NCBI RefSeq assembly: GCF_000400465.1
Contig: NW_008806277.1
Location: forward strand, 20,001-268,000
Length of the DNA: 248,000 bases
Source: Wallemia ichthyophaga EXF-994
Taxonomy: Eukaryota > Fungi > Basidiomycota
Direction of reading: 5' to 3'
Shown: positions 213,972 through 228,020 of the stretch, piece after piece
Position numbering within the stretch: position 1 is the stretch's first letter
Layout of the letters: each line of letters begins with the position of its first letter
The notes under the pieces: model-generated
What the model saw: only the letters and a program-made list of their open reading frames with translations
Databases searched by the model: none
Told to the model about the DNA's origin: nothing
Program-made: the position numbers and the translations under genes

Positions 213972-215877
213972 ATAGTCTATTATTATAGTGTTCAATATTG
214001 CTTGATAGTCTCGATAAACCGTTTTCAGATAGACTCAGCCGATTGTCCTCTAATTGAGAAGTGATTTGATGATAATTCAATGAGTTCCCACCACTAATTC
214101 GTGTCAAACAGTCCAATAAGGCAATCTTGTTGTTGTATTCGGAAAACAGTGCAACGAAGGCGACCATGGTCTCTAGATTTTCATTGGGTATCTTATGACT
214201 GAAAAGATTTTCAACAATGTTCAAAAGTGGTCTATTGAATAGATTAGATTTGTCGAGTAAATTATGTGATATAGTCAGATGCAGGAGAATTGAATGCCGT
214301 CTATAAATAGTGAGGTGATTGTATTTAGCTAGAAGGTAAAGTTGATAATTTAATTGTGCAAGGTTGATGGTTTTACTGTTTATTGTGTGATCTAAACATC
214401 TTAATATTATGGACTTTGATGGTTTATGATGACGCGACTTATCTAATTTGATTAATAAATTAGCCACAGGACGATCGACTAATATGTGAAATTTGATGAT
214501 GATTTCTAGGAAAGGCAAAGGATCGATACTTCTTTCATTGAGATCGATCAAAATTTTATCGATCAAGTCAAAGGACTGGGTATTCAATAATTGATTAATC
214601 AAAGTGCCATACGTTTCACTAGTAGGATGTAGACCTCTATCTAAAGCGTAATTGAATAGTTGAAAGGCTTGAGAAGGAGAGTTTTGAGCTATTGATAATA
214701 AAGATAAATTGATATCCTTCAAGTCAGGCATGATAGATCTGGATAGTAGATGACGAAAGACGGCCAATGAAGCGCTAGAGTTGCCTAAATATAGACACAT
214801 TCTTGATAGAGCGTTTAATTGGATGTGATTATAATCTGAAGGTTTAGAATCCTTCAAGTAATTATCAAAGATAAGATTAGCTAGTTTGAAATTATCAGAG
214901 TTACCCTTTTGGTTTGTTAGAAGCCTTATGATTGATAAAGTGAGATTTGAAGAATGTGTTGGAGATAATTGAGATGATGGTAAGTTAGGATAAGCGAGTT
215001 TGATGATGTCAGATTGATTTAATTTACAGCAATTAATGAGAATTGAAGATTGAATGGATGGTTCCAGTAGATTGAATTTATTAGTCTCTAATAATGATAG
215101 GGTGAAAGCTTTGTGATTAGATTTTAGATTCTGGGAGGATAGATGGTTGGATATTGTTAAAAGAGATAGTTGCGGAGGTGTGTAAGTATCTTTAACTTTT
215201 AAATAAAGCTTGTATAAGTTGTTGTTGTTGTTATTGTCCTGTAATTCCACCAATAAACGGAATAAACCATCAAAATGAGTTGTAGGGAGTTGATAATCTA
215301 ACTTGATCAAGTACTTTAATAGTAGATTGATAGCTGATTTATCGCCATCCATGATAAAATGACTCATAATAGTATTTAATAAGTTATCTTTGTAGTCAGT
215401 GGATGATGAACATTTTAGTAGTGAAGATGAGTATCGTAATGCTAGATCGCCTTTACCATAACGTAAAGAGATTAAGCAGGAATAGTTGAGAATGATAAAT
215501 TTAATGTTATTCAGGTTATTCGAATCGTTAATATTATTGATATGGTTAGTGAAACCAGAGTCGTTTAGATGATTAAATAGAGATTGTGCTATTGTCAAAG
215601 AGTTTTTATCATCAGAGTTAATAAGCCATAGAATAACATTTAAGCAATCATAGAGTGAATCATAATTCTGATAATTGATTGTGAAAGGTGTGGATGGAAC
215701 CGATGAAGTCAAGAATGGTTTAAATCTATCCAAATTTTGATTTATAGTTTCCAATTTTTCATGCAATTGATTGTAATTTGATAGACTGATAGATTTATCA
215801 CCAAAAACCAACGTTCTGAATGATCTATTGATACTAAATTTAAACTTCTTATCGATTAGTCTATTCAAAATTCTCAT
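213940..215877 (-). CDS. PPR-like mitochondrial protein (AT-rich)
   Basis: GLHPTSETYGTLIN-type repeats. Confidence 0.6.
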   Translation of the reverse strand: MRILNRLIDKKFKFSINRSFRTLVFGDKSISLSNYNQLHEKLETINQNLDRFKPFLTSSVPSTPFTINYQNYDSLYDCLNVILWLINSDDKNSLTIAQSLFNHLNDSGFTNHINNINDSNNLNNIKFIILNYSCLISLRYGKGDLALRYSSSLLKCSSSTDYKDNLLNTIMSHFIMDGDKSAINLLLKYLIKLDYQLPTTHFDGLFRLLVELQDNNNNNNLYKLYLKVKDTYTPPQLSLLTISNHLSSQNLKSNHKAFTLSLLETNKFNLLEPSIQSSILINCCKLNQSDIIKLAYPNLPSSQLSPTHSSNLTLSIIRLLTNQKGNSDNFKLANLIFDNYLKDSKPSDYNHIQLNALSRMCLYLGNSSASLAVFRHLLSRSIMPDLKDINLSLLSIAQNSPSQAFQLFNYALDRGLHPTSETYGTLINQLLNTQSFDLIDKILIDLNERSIDPLPFLEIIIKFHILVDRPVANLLIKLDKSRHHKPSKSIILRCLDHTINSKTINLAQLNYQLYLLAKYNHLTIYRRHSILLHLTISHNLLDKSNLFNRPLLNIVENLFSHKIPNENLETMVAFVALFSEYNNKIALLDCLTRISGGNSLNYHQITSQLEDNRLSLSENGLSRLSSNIEHYNNRLSNQLTSKQTR

Positions 215878-216400
215878 TTGCTGATTTATTCGTTAACATC
215901 AACTCCTCTGTATCCGCCTTATCAACTCACGATCCCCTATATCAATTTAGCTCATGGGCAAATCTGCTAAATTCACAAAGAAACCTTTAAATAAAAAATT
216001 ATCAAAAAACAAAAATATAAATGCATCGTCTAGCTCTAATACTACAAGCCAGAAACATCCCACAACGAATCCTCCGCCACCTTCACACTCCGCAAAGCGT
216101 AGAAACAGAATTGTACAGCTATCAAATCAAGCAAAGGAAGCTAAATCAAAGGGCAGAACTGTGTTAGACGATAAAGATTATTTGAAATTATATGAAAAGT
216201 GAAATATTTGTAAAATTATTTTGGTTTTGCAGAGAAAATGAGAATACATATTATATTTTACACATAAGGATTATTATACATCAAAGAATATCATCTATGG
216301 AGTCATCTGCTGCTCACGTTTGCGCGATTGAGTTTGGTTGGTTCCCTACAATCTAAATAAGTAAGTAATTAATTCTGATATTAAACCATCTTATCAATAT

Positions 216401-218472
216401 ATGCACCTCAGTATGACTGCTTATCTACCCCGTCAACAGTCTCAGCCCGCTTCCTCCTCCCCTATCGAATCTGAGTTTCCGCCAATCTATCTCAATACTC
216501 CAAACACTTCCCCTAAAATCAAAGATCAAGATATCGACGAAGAAGCTCTAGCCGACGTGTCTTTCGCGTCTTCAATCTCCATAACAACGAACTCTCCTTC
216601 ACCTCACAAATCTCAACCGAATTCAAACTTACCTTTGAATGATCTAAGTTTAAATGAGAATCAGACTATTAAGTCTAACAATCCTTACAATACCACCTCA
216701 AGAGGTAAAAAGCGCGTTGGCTTACCTGCAATGTGGTCCGTCACAAAGCAATCTATATCCCCACCCAACTCTTCTAAAAACAAAAGAAATGCTGTTATGT
216801 TTGAGCCTAAATCTGTTAGTTTTCACCTCTTTAAATGCGTTTTTGACTTATTCATTCCCTACAGACTATTATCCCTTCCTCGCCTCCATCCTCTCACCAC
216901 CATTCTGGTAGCTTAGATAAAGCTGATGAAAGTTCACAATATGTCTCTCAAAACAGTTATCAGGACTCGTCTCCAGAGTCTAAGTCTTCAATTAGACCTA
217001 GAGCTCCTTCTGAACCTTCAAAACCCGACATCTATTATCATAACCCATCCTCTCCGGAAAGAGTAAAGAAACCAAGACTTTCTCCTTTGAAACCCCCTTT
217101 CATGTCTATCAAGACCTTAGGTAGAGCTTATTCTGCACCAGACAACTACGTTGGTCAATCAAAAACTATCTCAGGCACTCTCTCTCCTTATCAATCATCT
217201 CAATCTCCTAATTATTCAAAGTATAAGTCTGCCCCAATACGCGAGCGTAGACAAAACAAAAAGAGCAGACCTCCAATGCCCTCATTCGAACAACAATCAC
217301 CTTCATTGTTCAATAATGACCATCAATCTGAAAACCAACCTGATAAATCAAACAAAAAACCCTTCGCTAAACCCGCATTCAGAAGAGCTTTCTCTTTAGT
217401 TGCTCCAAATCCAATGAACAATGTCCCATCACCGGGTGATATTGACTCTTCACCATGTGCTGATGCTTCTCCGTCAATAAGACCTTTATCACAACAAATT
217501 CAACAAAAAAACACTTTTAATAGACCTTCAGGTCCTTTGAGAGCTCTATCTTCTTTACAAGGTCCTGCGATTTCTCCTAGAGGTGTTCAAATTCCTGGTT
217601 TCGGTCATAGTGAAAAGGAGGGTAAACTTTTACCTTGTTTCAACGTTAAGGATGATGGCTTAATGAGAGTAAACCCTGATGTCGTTGATGACTTGATATC
217701 CAACCCTCTGCCAAACAATATTAGTGATTTACACATCGTTGATTGTAGATTCCCATTCGAATATGCAGGTGGTCATATTCCAGGTGCTGTTAATCTTGGT
217801 ACTCTTCAAGCTGTTGAGAATCATTTCTTAATACCAAACTCTGGTATTAATCAATCATCTTTCTCTTTACCTACACCCTCAACTTCTGCATCTAATAATG
217901 AAAATAGTCGAAAAGTTATTATTTTCCACTGCGAATTCTCAAACATGAGAGCACCTACACTCGCAAAGCACCTTAGATCTTTAGACAGAAGTCGCAATGA
218001 ACATCCTAACCTAAATTTTCCGGAACTCTATATTTTATCAGGAGGTTACGCGGAATATTACAAACAATATAATTTTAAAAAACCTTACTTGAGATATACA
218101 CCGATGGATGCACCAAACTTCCATCCAGAACGAGAAGCTCATCTAGCTGCATTCAGAGCCTCATCAAAACCATCTTCCATGGGTGGCGGACCAAATATGG
218201 GATTAAGGTCAAAATCGTTTACATTTGCAACTAACAGCTCTAGATTGACAAATGTTTCAAAACTACTACAAGATCAGACAGTACATGAGGAGTGTAGTGA
218301 GATTTCAATGGATGCCTCACCTTGCGCGCCTTCACAGAAAAGTAACAGACCTCCATTACTTAATAGACACAAATCACTCGCTAAGTTGCAAAGCTCGCCT
218401 CTTAAATTAGACAGCGACAACGATTCACCAATGAAGATAAAAAGGGACTTGACTTTTGTTGATCGGTCATAA
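216401..218472 (+). CDS. MIH1: Cdc25/Mih1 phosphatase
   Basis: DCRFPFEYAGGHI, HCEFSNMRAP. Confidence 0.93.
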
Positions 218473-219537
218473 TCATCAAAACGTCTCAAACACTCTTTCT
218501 CAAACACACTCTCTCAAACATTCTTTCTATTCAGTATTTTGTTTATAGTTGTATATGTTTATATAAATACACGGTATTATTCAAGCTCAAACTCAAAATC
218601 AAATACCCAATCGCTCTTCTAACTCCTTGTTTTGAAGTTTCAGTGTTTCTATAGTGTTCATATCTGACTTTTGCTGTGTTATATGCCCAAGATATTCCTT
218701 GCGTAGATCTTCATATTGAGATTGTAATTCTGTATACATTCCTGCACGCTCTTTGACATTTGAGAGTGTTGAACGATGTTCATTGTCTAATTCGAGCTGC
218801 CTTTCTTGTTGTAATACATATAATCTCTTTGATAATTCGTTAACGGTGGTATCCTGGAATGTCTTTCTAGCCGCAAGTCCAACACTCAGTTGATTCTCCA
218901 GCAAACTTATCTTTGATAGTAACTCCTGATTCTCCTTACTCAACGCAAAGGCTGCTTCAGATGATTGCTGGTATTGTTGCCTTAGGAAGTCATTATCCTC
219001 TACTAAACCGTTTATACGTCTGTCATTATCTTCAACTTGTGCGCCTAATCTGACATTCTCGCCAACATTCCTTTCGTGATCCCCTTGGAGGGCATGAGCA
219101 AACTTTGTGAATTGATCGAATGGATTGAGCGGCTAATAATGTTAGATGATTTTTCACTTTAACTTACTACCTTACTGTTTCTGGTGCTTCTTCGACATTG
219201 ACGTCCTTTGACTCGTTATCTTTGACTCTCACATCATCCTCATTTGGCTGCTCAATAATTACCGCTTCAACTACTGCATCATCTTGCATCGGTACATTAT
219301 CCTCCATTTCTTGTGTACTGGCAGAATAACTTGATGATGACCGTTGGTTCTTATCCGTTAACTCATAAGACTTGTAATAAGAATAATAAATTCACTTTAC
219401 AATTATATAATGCTAATTTGTAATCGTACAATGCGAAATAGTTATGCAATGAAGTGATTGCCGTTACGGAAATCAAAGCTGATCGTCATCAACAACAAAA
219501 CCATCCTCATACTAAAGAAATCAAAGTTAGAAATATT

Positions 219538-222500
219538 TTAGTGTATAAGTTTACCCAAACTCACATCATATGTATCATCTGGATCAGCTACGTTTGGACT
219601 ACTAGAAAGCAACATCGGCCTATGGGCTGCCTCTTTCGAACCAAGCATAAACCCTACAGGATTCCTTATAGGTCCTGCATTAAATTGTGGTCCACCTCCG
219701 TTTGGTACCTGAGTTGCTAAACCCATTACATAAGCTGCTTGCTGATTATAATCAATGTCATTATTAATGAGCTGACTTTGATCACCAGCAACAAAATCAA
219801 TATCACTTTCCGATAGTGCTTCTACGTCACTTGATCTCTCATCTCCAGAAGCATCTTCATTTTCAGAGACTTGAGCATCCAGATCTAAATATTCACCATG
219901 CGTCATCATCGTTCTACTACGCTTTGTTGTTGGCTGAGGAGGCATTGGTGATGTATTCGATGATGATCTCTGTCTTAATCGTTTGAATGGATGATAGGGT
220001 GTACCACGGGGTGAGGATGAGATGAGTGATTTGCCTGTTGTGCGAGGTGCAATAAGACTCTGACCAGGTTTACGGACAACCTGTGATTGATCGGGCGATC
220101 CATTACTCAATATTGATTTCGGTTCATAATGAAATGGCTTGATATATGTGTTCTCCTGAACATTCATTCGTGTGTTGTTGACAACAAGCGGAGATGAGTC
220201 AACTGACATGCAGCTGTTGTTTGCATTTTTACCACCCAATGGTCTTGCTGGCGTTTTAAATGTTTCATCTTTACGCTTAGCGTTGTCATTCTTTCCGGGA
220301 ACGACCACGGGACTGTCAACTTGATCAGAATCAAGGTCAATGACTGGTGAATCTTGAAATAGTAGTCTAGGTGCTTTAAACCCTTTTTTACTTCTCTTCT
220401 TGCTTCCAAATGGTGGCTCTGACGGTGACTTTAAGATCGGTGGTTTGTTCAGGACCAAGACTGGTGAAGATGTTGGTGACATTGGCGTTGGTGATCTCGT
220501 ACGCTGTCTTTTTGTACTCTGTGTAGGCTTGGGAGACTCTACCTCTTCTTCGTCATCATGGAGAGTGATTGAATGAGTTCGCAATGACAACGTCTTTGAT
220601 AAAGCGGCCACTGATTGATTGGATTTACTTGCTTGACTTGCTTGCCGTCTTACAGCATGACTTGGCTGCCTTTGTAATTGGCTGGGTTTATTCTTCAACT
220701 TCTCGTTTCGCTTCGACGAAGGACCTGAGGGCTCAAGCTTCAAGGGCTGCACTTCCTTCTGTGACTGAAAGTCATCTATGCCCTTTTTTAGTGCTTCATC
220801 TTCAGAATCTGATTCGACGTTCATAGCAGCAGTGTCTGTTTTCTTTTCAACGAGATCACTAGCATTAACAAACCCCGAGGTAGCTTGTTCTGGGACGTTA
220901 CGAAGAGGATTTTCATTTCTTTTCCGCTTTGGCTTTGAAGCCTTCGTGAAGTTACGGATGTTTGAACTAGAAGAGTCTTTCTTGATGTTTTTCTTAGTTA
221001 AGCTTTCCCATTCTTCAACCTGAACATGTCTCTTCTCACATTCAGGTTCAACGTCATGTGGAATTAACCGTTCAACATCGTTGTATAATGCCACTTGATC
221101 TCCCGAAACAATATATGCTTGAACATCCTGGTGCCTAGCTTGTGCTTCATCCCAATTTTTATCTTCAAGGTCTTCAGCCATGAGTGTGTGAACGTGTCCC
221201 TGACGCTTTCTGCCAGTACGACCAATCTTTTGTAACATACTGATAGAGCTTCTTCCAGGATCATAGGTTATAGTAAGATCGATATCACCAATGTCCAAAC
221301 CTTCTTCACCGATAGATGTTGAGACTAACACATTAAAAGTCCCATCTTTATATTCATTCATGACTTTCTGTTGTTGTTTTTGATTTAAACCCTTTTTACC
221401 ATTAGATGCTGCTTGTCCGACGAATGCCGCCGCCTATTATGAATCTTGTCAGATATATACTTTTGCATTATTTCCTAACCCACTCTAAGAATAGGAGAAT
221501 GGGTATTGATTTGTTCCACTACTTCGTCCACTGTCTCTCTAAGTGCTGTATGAGTGTGAGATACTGATCTTAAGACAAAGAAAAAACGCACATGCAAAGA
221601 CTATGGCTCTAGTTTCAGTCTTTTCCGTTGAAAAGTTGGTAAAGTGATCCAATAACAGTGATTCTACTTTCTCCATCTTTGGATGACTGAGTCTGCCATT
221701 GCGTCTGGATCGTTCAGACTCTATTGATAACATAAGTTTTTCTATAGTCTTTTTGGTATCTGGATCTTGCTTTTTGCCGCTCAGCTCTTGCAAATTTTGA
221801 TAGAATATCTCAATGCTCTGGATTTGCTGTAAATTGGTTAGCCTTTTTTCTAGCGCAATTAATTGTGAGCTCACCAAGTTCCTCATAGCACGCGTGGCAT
221901 CTCCTGCTTTATTCAAACTACCAAACAAATATTTTTGATGTGGTAATATCCTGCTACGAAGAGCAGTGATCGAATATGGATGAAGCTTCCTCAATTTGTT
222001 GATTGTGTACTCTGGAAGAAGATCTTTTGCAATGAGTGGATCGACTGTACGCTGGTCGAACGCTTTAGTCGATTATCAATCGTTTTAAGTTGACTTACTT
222101 TTACGACATCCTCCCATTGCATACACAACTCATCTATGAAGTAGTCCATTTTTATAATATGCTCTTCAAAGATCTTCTTATGGGTGTACTGTTTAATATC
222201 TGGTGATGAGTCATTGCGAATGGCGATATTACTTATATGCAAGTTATCTATAATTGGTTGTACTTGTTCAGGAGTATTACCAGGAGTAGCCGTCAAAGCC
222301 AATACTCTGAAATGAGGGTTCGTTTTCATCATGTGCCGCACCACTGAGCAGTAGCTATCAAAGTGTAAATATGATGTCATCTAAGAATGCATGACGCACG
222401 AATAATCTCCTTGTCCTTTGTGAGCTTCATCTGGATAAAAAATGTAAGATTTTTATGTAAGCTGCAAATGTCTTGAACTACCTATCACTATCAAGACAAC

Positions 222501-223712
222501 ATCTTGAGGATCACACACTCCCTTTTGAAGGTCGTTGTTTAGAGTTTGAGGAGTCATATACAAAACCCTCTTTTCCCTTATCTGATAACTGTGAGCGCTG
222601 ATTGTTTTTTTAAAGGACAGCTTACGATAGCTTCACGTTTTTGTTGTGAGACATCACCATACAAGACACTGACATCAGATTGCGGGATACCACAAACGTC
222701 GTGACAAGCTTTGGCCTGTTGATCGACAAGCGGTTCTAATCTCATTCATTTTAATGTTCTTGTAATCTGAGTCAACTTACTCGTTGGTGCTAAGAAGACT
222801 ACTTTGGCAGTAGGGAACCACTTATAGTAGTTCATAATAACTACTCCAGCTATTAGTGTCTAAATCGTTGTCAATTTGGAAAGAAGGGATTTCAAAGCAA
222901 CTCACTTTACCAAGACCAGTTGGAAGCGCGACCAATGTGTTTTGGAAGAGACACTGTGTTGTGATATTGATCTGGTAGTCTCTGATAGGATAGTTTGTAG
223001 GATAAATCCAGCTCTTGACAGCTTGAGGATCGTATCTATGCTTCATCGGTTGTAGCTATAGTTGTTTAGTAGTTGTAGAGGTTCTATACTCGACTTACAG
223101 AGCTAAAAGCGGTTTGGTGAGACAGTGTTACAGGAAAATAAAAAACCACCTACCCTAAGCAAATGTAAGAAAGTTGCAGATAAATTGTGTTAACTTACCT
223201 GTTGATAGCGAGGGGAATTGCTCGAATTCAATTAAATCGTCTTCGATAATCATATCGCCGTCCTCTTCAGCTCTCGCCTTCTGCTTTCTCTGCTTGTTTG
223301 ATTTAGACATAGCCTTGTAGTCCCATTGCTTTTTTGCTCCACTGTGCTCTTTCTGAACCATAACAGGTCGCGGTGGAGGTCGCGACGCGGGAGGTGGCGG
223401 TGCACCCCAAAGTCTCTGCTGAACCAGCCCTTGGGATGATGCTGGGTTATTGTATGAGTTATTTTCAATGCGATCTAATTGCTCCATAGCGTCGTCGTCG
223501 ATGATGATAGGTGAGTTGAAATCCTCACCATAATCGATCGTGCTGTCTATCCCAGCGGTCTGTTCCTCTCTAATTCGATAGTCTTGTATTTGTGGCCGCT
223601 GTTGGTTGAATTGCGATTCAATCAAGTCAGCCTGCTCTAATAGATCGGCATCGTCGAAAGAATCGGAGAAGTCTGAGTTGTCCACTAGACGTAAGATGTT
223701 AGCCTCTTCCAT
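219538..223712 (-). CDS. MPH1: FANCM/Mph1 helicase
   Basis: [32 protein letters not shown]. Confidence 0.94.
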
Positions 223713-223760
223713 ATTGCGGGATATTCGCGCTTACTCTGTGCTATCTTGAGGAGCACAAGC

Positions 223761-223766
223761 ACGCGT
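223761..223766. promoter_or_regulatory. MCB-like ACGCGT ~50 nt upstream of MPH1
   Basis: Exact hexamer; another at 223962. Confidence 0.4.
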
Positions 223767-224187
223767 AGTGGTGGTTCGATTCAACACGCGATTAGGATGG
223801 GATTTGATCAAGTGGAGTAGATTTTGAATCATTTTTGTGTACCTGCAGCAAGTATAAGCTAAATCAATTTATATCGACTCAAATTACTCTCCACCTCTTG
223901 CTCATCTCTCGCATCCAAAAGCGGAGCAATTAATAACAAGGTACGAATGACGTTGGTGTTTACGCGTAGCATGGTCATGAGCCGATAGCATTGAAGCATC
224001 ATCTTACATAAAATCTAATAAATATCGCGTCAAATCCTTCAACGCTCTGAGCACATCTGTGACGTCAGTTTATCGAATCATTTATAAGTTTACAATTATT
224101 TCTTTGAATCAAGAAACTGTCCTTGATATGATTATTCAGGTACAAGAATCTTGAATGTTTGAGTGTATGTACTAATCGATGCATTCT

Positions 224188-226099
224188 TTATTTCATCAAA
224201 TCAACTAAATCGTCAAACGGTGACTTTTGTTGAGGTTGTTGAGGTGGATGAGGTTGGGGATTTGTAAATTGTGCATTAGATGTTGTGGTATTATTGATAT
224301 TGGCGGGTGTGTTCAGTCCTGGTGTTATAGGGCTTTGGGCAGCAGGAGTGTATGGTTGGGAATAGCTGACTGGTGTGCCTGTTGCTGGCCTCATTGCATA
224401 GAGACTCTTTAAAGCTTCATTTGAGCTCAAGTTCATCGCTGGTGGTGATGATACTTGAGCAGGTTGCGTTTGGGATTGCACATCTGCAGATCCTGTAGGG
224501 CCAGGGGATGGTGCAGAAAATAAATCTACTGGAAGTTCACTGCTTGCACCTCCTCCTAGTTGTACTCCAGCATCATTACCTTCGTCGCGTTCAACGTGTT
224601 CGTACTGCAAAGGATCATCGAAGTCAATCAAATTCTGACCTTCACTTCGGTCGTTTGAATTTCCAGATGTGATACCCTTAGATTGAAAGCTTGACTCGTT
224701 AGATTCAACTCTGTGCGTTTCATTATAACTTACTTTTCATTCATTTCAAACTTGGCATCGTAATCACCATTCTTAAAAGCTGTGTATCTGTTTACGACGT
224801 TGTTTATCAAGTCGTTAATCTGCAATAAGCGTTCTGAAGGTAAATTTGTCAAACAGGGGTTTGCACTGACGATATATACTCACCTAGCAAGTCTGGGTCC
224901 GATTCAGATGCATCAGATATCCATTTTTGTAGTTTCGGACTTGCTTGCTTGCAAAGTGATGCTACTTGCTAAGCTGGGGTAAGCTTTATGTGCTTTTGTA
225001 TATAAGTCCTACTCACATCATATGCATCACCACGCACGAGCTTTTCCTGAGTCTGTGCAGCTTGGTCTAGCATATCGTTAAGAAGTATAGCTTTGTGCTG
225101 AACTTTGTCGAGTTCTTTCAATGTTTGTGCGCGATAGTCTGGCTTGCGTTCGTCCTTCAGAGCATTAGCGGTGTATATTTTGTGTTTAAGTGACTCACAA
225201 ATCCAGAAAGCTTTTTCATGAGATCTTGAGCAGCAGCTAAATCTCTTGGTGTACCACGCCTGATAAGTTCTTGCAATTTCTACCAGCCGTCAGGGCGTAT
225301 ATACGCAGAATAATCTATACCTACCGCGGATTGCGCTTCTCTATCTTCCTCTTCTAATTCTTCGGGTGATTTGAGGTTCTAATGCAACGTTAGATATCAT
225401 CGTGCGATACGACTCTTCTTACATCAGTCGCAACGGTTATAGCAGCATTTCTACTCAATTCTGGGAATCTGTAACCTTTATAACCAAGCAATCTCCACAT
225501 GTCTCTAACGTGAACAAGGTCCTCCTTGTGTTTTGAAGTAGTCGCTACGCCATTCTTCCACTCATTGATAAGCTCGAGCGTTTTGCCCATGATTGGACCT
225601 GGATAGGCGGGTGGACGCTCTGGGAACCTACGCACAAGCTCATTGAGGAAGTCTTTTGTCGCTATTTGGAGATGGAAAGGGTAACCACAGTTCTTGACCA
225701 GCACATCAAGTAGCTTGACAAGTGTCAGTCCAATGAAGCTATAAGAGAGCACAAACTCACATGAAGAGCTAGTAGCGCTGATCTAGGGCTTCCCTGATTG
225801 ACATGCCTTAATATCTCAAACGCAGCTTCTCGTGGACTAAGAGGAGCGTGAGATTGACCTACTAATAAGCAACAACTAACCAATTGGATTTTTTGGTATT
225901 GATGTACTCAGCTATTTCCATTTCTAGTTCTTGATTTGGCTGGAAAAGCGTCGTTTCACATGCCATAGCTGAGATTGAACTGAGATTGAGGACGCCGTTT
226001 GATCCGAATCTTACCTATATACGAGGACAGCACATCAGAGGTTCTTGAATTTCTGCCCCAAGGGCTCCCCAGACGACCGAGCGTATTTGGATTAAGCAT
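224188..226099 (-). CDS. GGA-type VHS-GAT adaptor
   Basis: LVKNCGYPFHLQI...LVRRFPERPP. Confidence 0.85.
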
Positions 226100-226199
226100 C
226101 TTGATGGTGGTAGCGGAGTTGCATGTAAATAAATAAATTACTATCAGGTATACAATCAGAGGTGGTGACCCGGCACCAACGCGAATATGAGTGTGAACA

Positions 226200-227480
226200 C
226201 TGCAGTAGATAGTGCAACGAGTGCGGCTACTAATCTGCATTACTGTGAGATTGATAATGATATCACGACGCAATAACCTACGCGGTGCGAATGAGTAGGA
226301 GCTTCTTAACATAGGGCTCTTCAATTTCGATAGTCCTGAATGGCGTCGTTTCGCTATGCTTTGTCAGTATTGCTATCGATGACACAACAACGCACCTCTT
226401 GTTAAACAAGACCATAAGAGGGTCGATATTATACTTGAAAGACCAGATGAGAAAGAAAGATATTAAAAAGGGTAAAAGCACCTGTATTCGCATTCGATTA
226501 GCTGGGTAATGAGGCGTAATTGTTGCACACACCCAAACTCGCGTCTTCTGGGGCTTGTAGTCGATGAATATAAAGCAAAAGCCAAGTGCAAAAGCAAACC
226601 AAAGAAGGAAAAGTCCTAAACCGAGTCTTACTAATGATGACATCGGTGTTAAGTTACCAAAACCTTTGGCACGTAAAAATCTGTTCCTAGTTAGCAGTGG
226701 AAAAGCAATATATTACACCACAAACCTGGGAAACACACCACCCTCAAGTGCCCTGAAAATATACTCCTTCTGAGGGTAGAAGAGATCTGGTATATCAGTC
226801 AGCGGCGTATTATGACCAAAGTTTTGTATTCTAAGAGCAGGTGGTAGATAGATTTCCTTGTCACTGCCAGGAGCGAGGTATCTAAAGTAAATGCGCTCAG
226901 CTGAGTCGAACAAATCACCATGGCTAATGACAGCATTTCTAGGTATCGTCGTTGGATTCCTCTTTGAGTCCTTGCGTTTAGAAACCAAAGTATTGACAGA
227001 CTTCTCCGGGTCAAAGTCAGATGTCGATAAGTTCTGCTTGTTTGAGTTGTTTGAGGCGTCGAGTAAGAAATTGTCTAGTGCAACTGGTTGCTCACGGTGA
227101 CCTGATTGAAGGGAAGTTGAGGAACGCGACTGATTGTTGATTGGAGAAGGACTTAGGCGATTGCGATCGAAGTTGTTTGAGGGTTCTGCGAGACCGATGA
227201 GGTTTGAGTATATGGAACCCTTGCTACGCGCGCTACTAAGATATTCCGGCCAGACGTCCTGTATCAGTCTTCCAGATTTCCTGATATCCTTAAAGTAAGC
227301 GCGGCACAGATTCTCGTGTTGCTGTGTGTCTAGCCAGAAATCAAGTGCGTCCTCAGAGCCCTCGCGTTGGAGGAAAAGATAGAGACAGAAAAGATCGACG
227401 GGTGGTTTAGTTTTCCGAGAAAGGACCTCTGCTAGCGTGGGTAGACGCGTCAGTCCAGAGGAGTTCTCTGTGAATTTCAT
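226200..227480 (-). CDS. RAX1: Rax1 RGS-domain bud-site protein
   Basis: RLPTLAEVL.RKT.PPVDL, LDFWLD. Confidence 0.85.
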
Positions 227481-227640
227481 ATGATGAAGTAAGTTGAAGA
227501 GATGTGCATAACATTCCAGTGGAAATGTAAATAAATTTTGGAGGCAATAAGTCGCACAAGATTACCAGCAGTATCACGCACGAATTCTGTACTTGGGATA
227601 CTCACTCATCTCTCCGTCCTCGTTCTCAGAAACGTCCAAG

Positions 227641-228020
227641 ATGTCAGCATTCAGCAGAGCACTCCCAACGGCGGTAAAAGAAATCAGACTAATTGGATGC
227701 CAAACTGGAAACAGATCAGAGGGATTCAGGTGGGTAATGTATTTATCTCTGCGTAGAATAATCCCAACCGCAACCAGGCAATTCGTACAATCATCCTACC
227801 CTAATCTCAAGCAATCGAATCCACATCTACCAATCCTCGTTCGTGAGGCTGCCGGTGTACCAGCACGTGCATTCGCTAGATTTGGTGGGTAGCCGTGTCC
227901 AAGCACAGGACAGCACTGACAATGACAGAATACGGCTTGGAGAAGAACGTTAGCTTAGATGGATTGTCTGCAGGTGAGGTGACAAAGCAGGTCGAGACGC
228001 TGCTGTCCAAGACCAATTAG
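227641..228020 (+). CDS. Complex I subunit NDUFA2/B8
   Basis: YPNLKQSNP.LPILVRE. Confidence 0.85.
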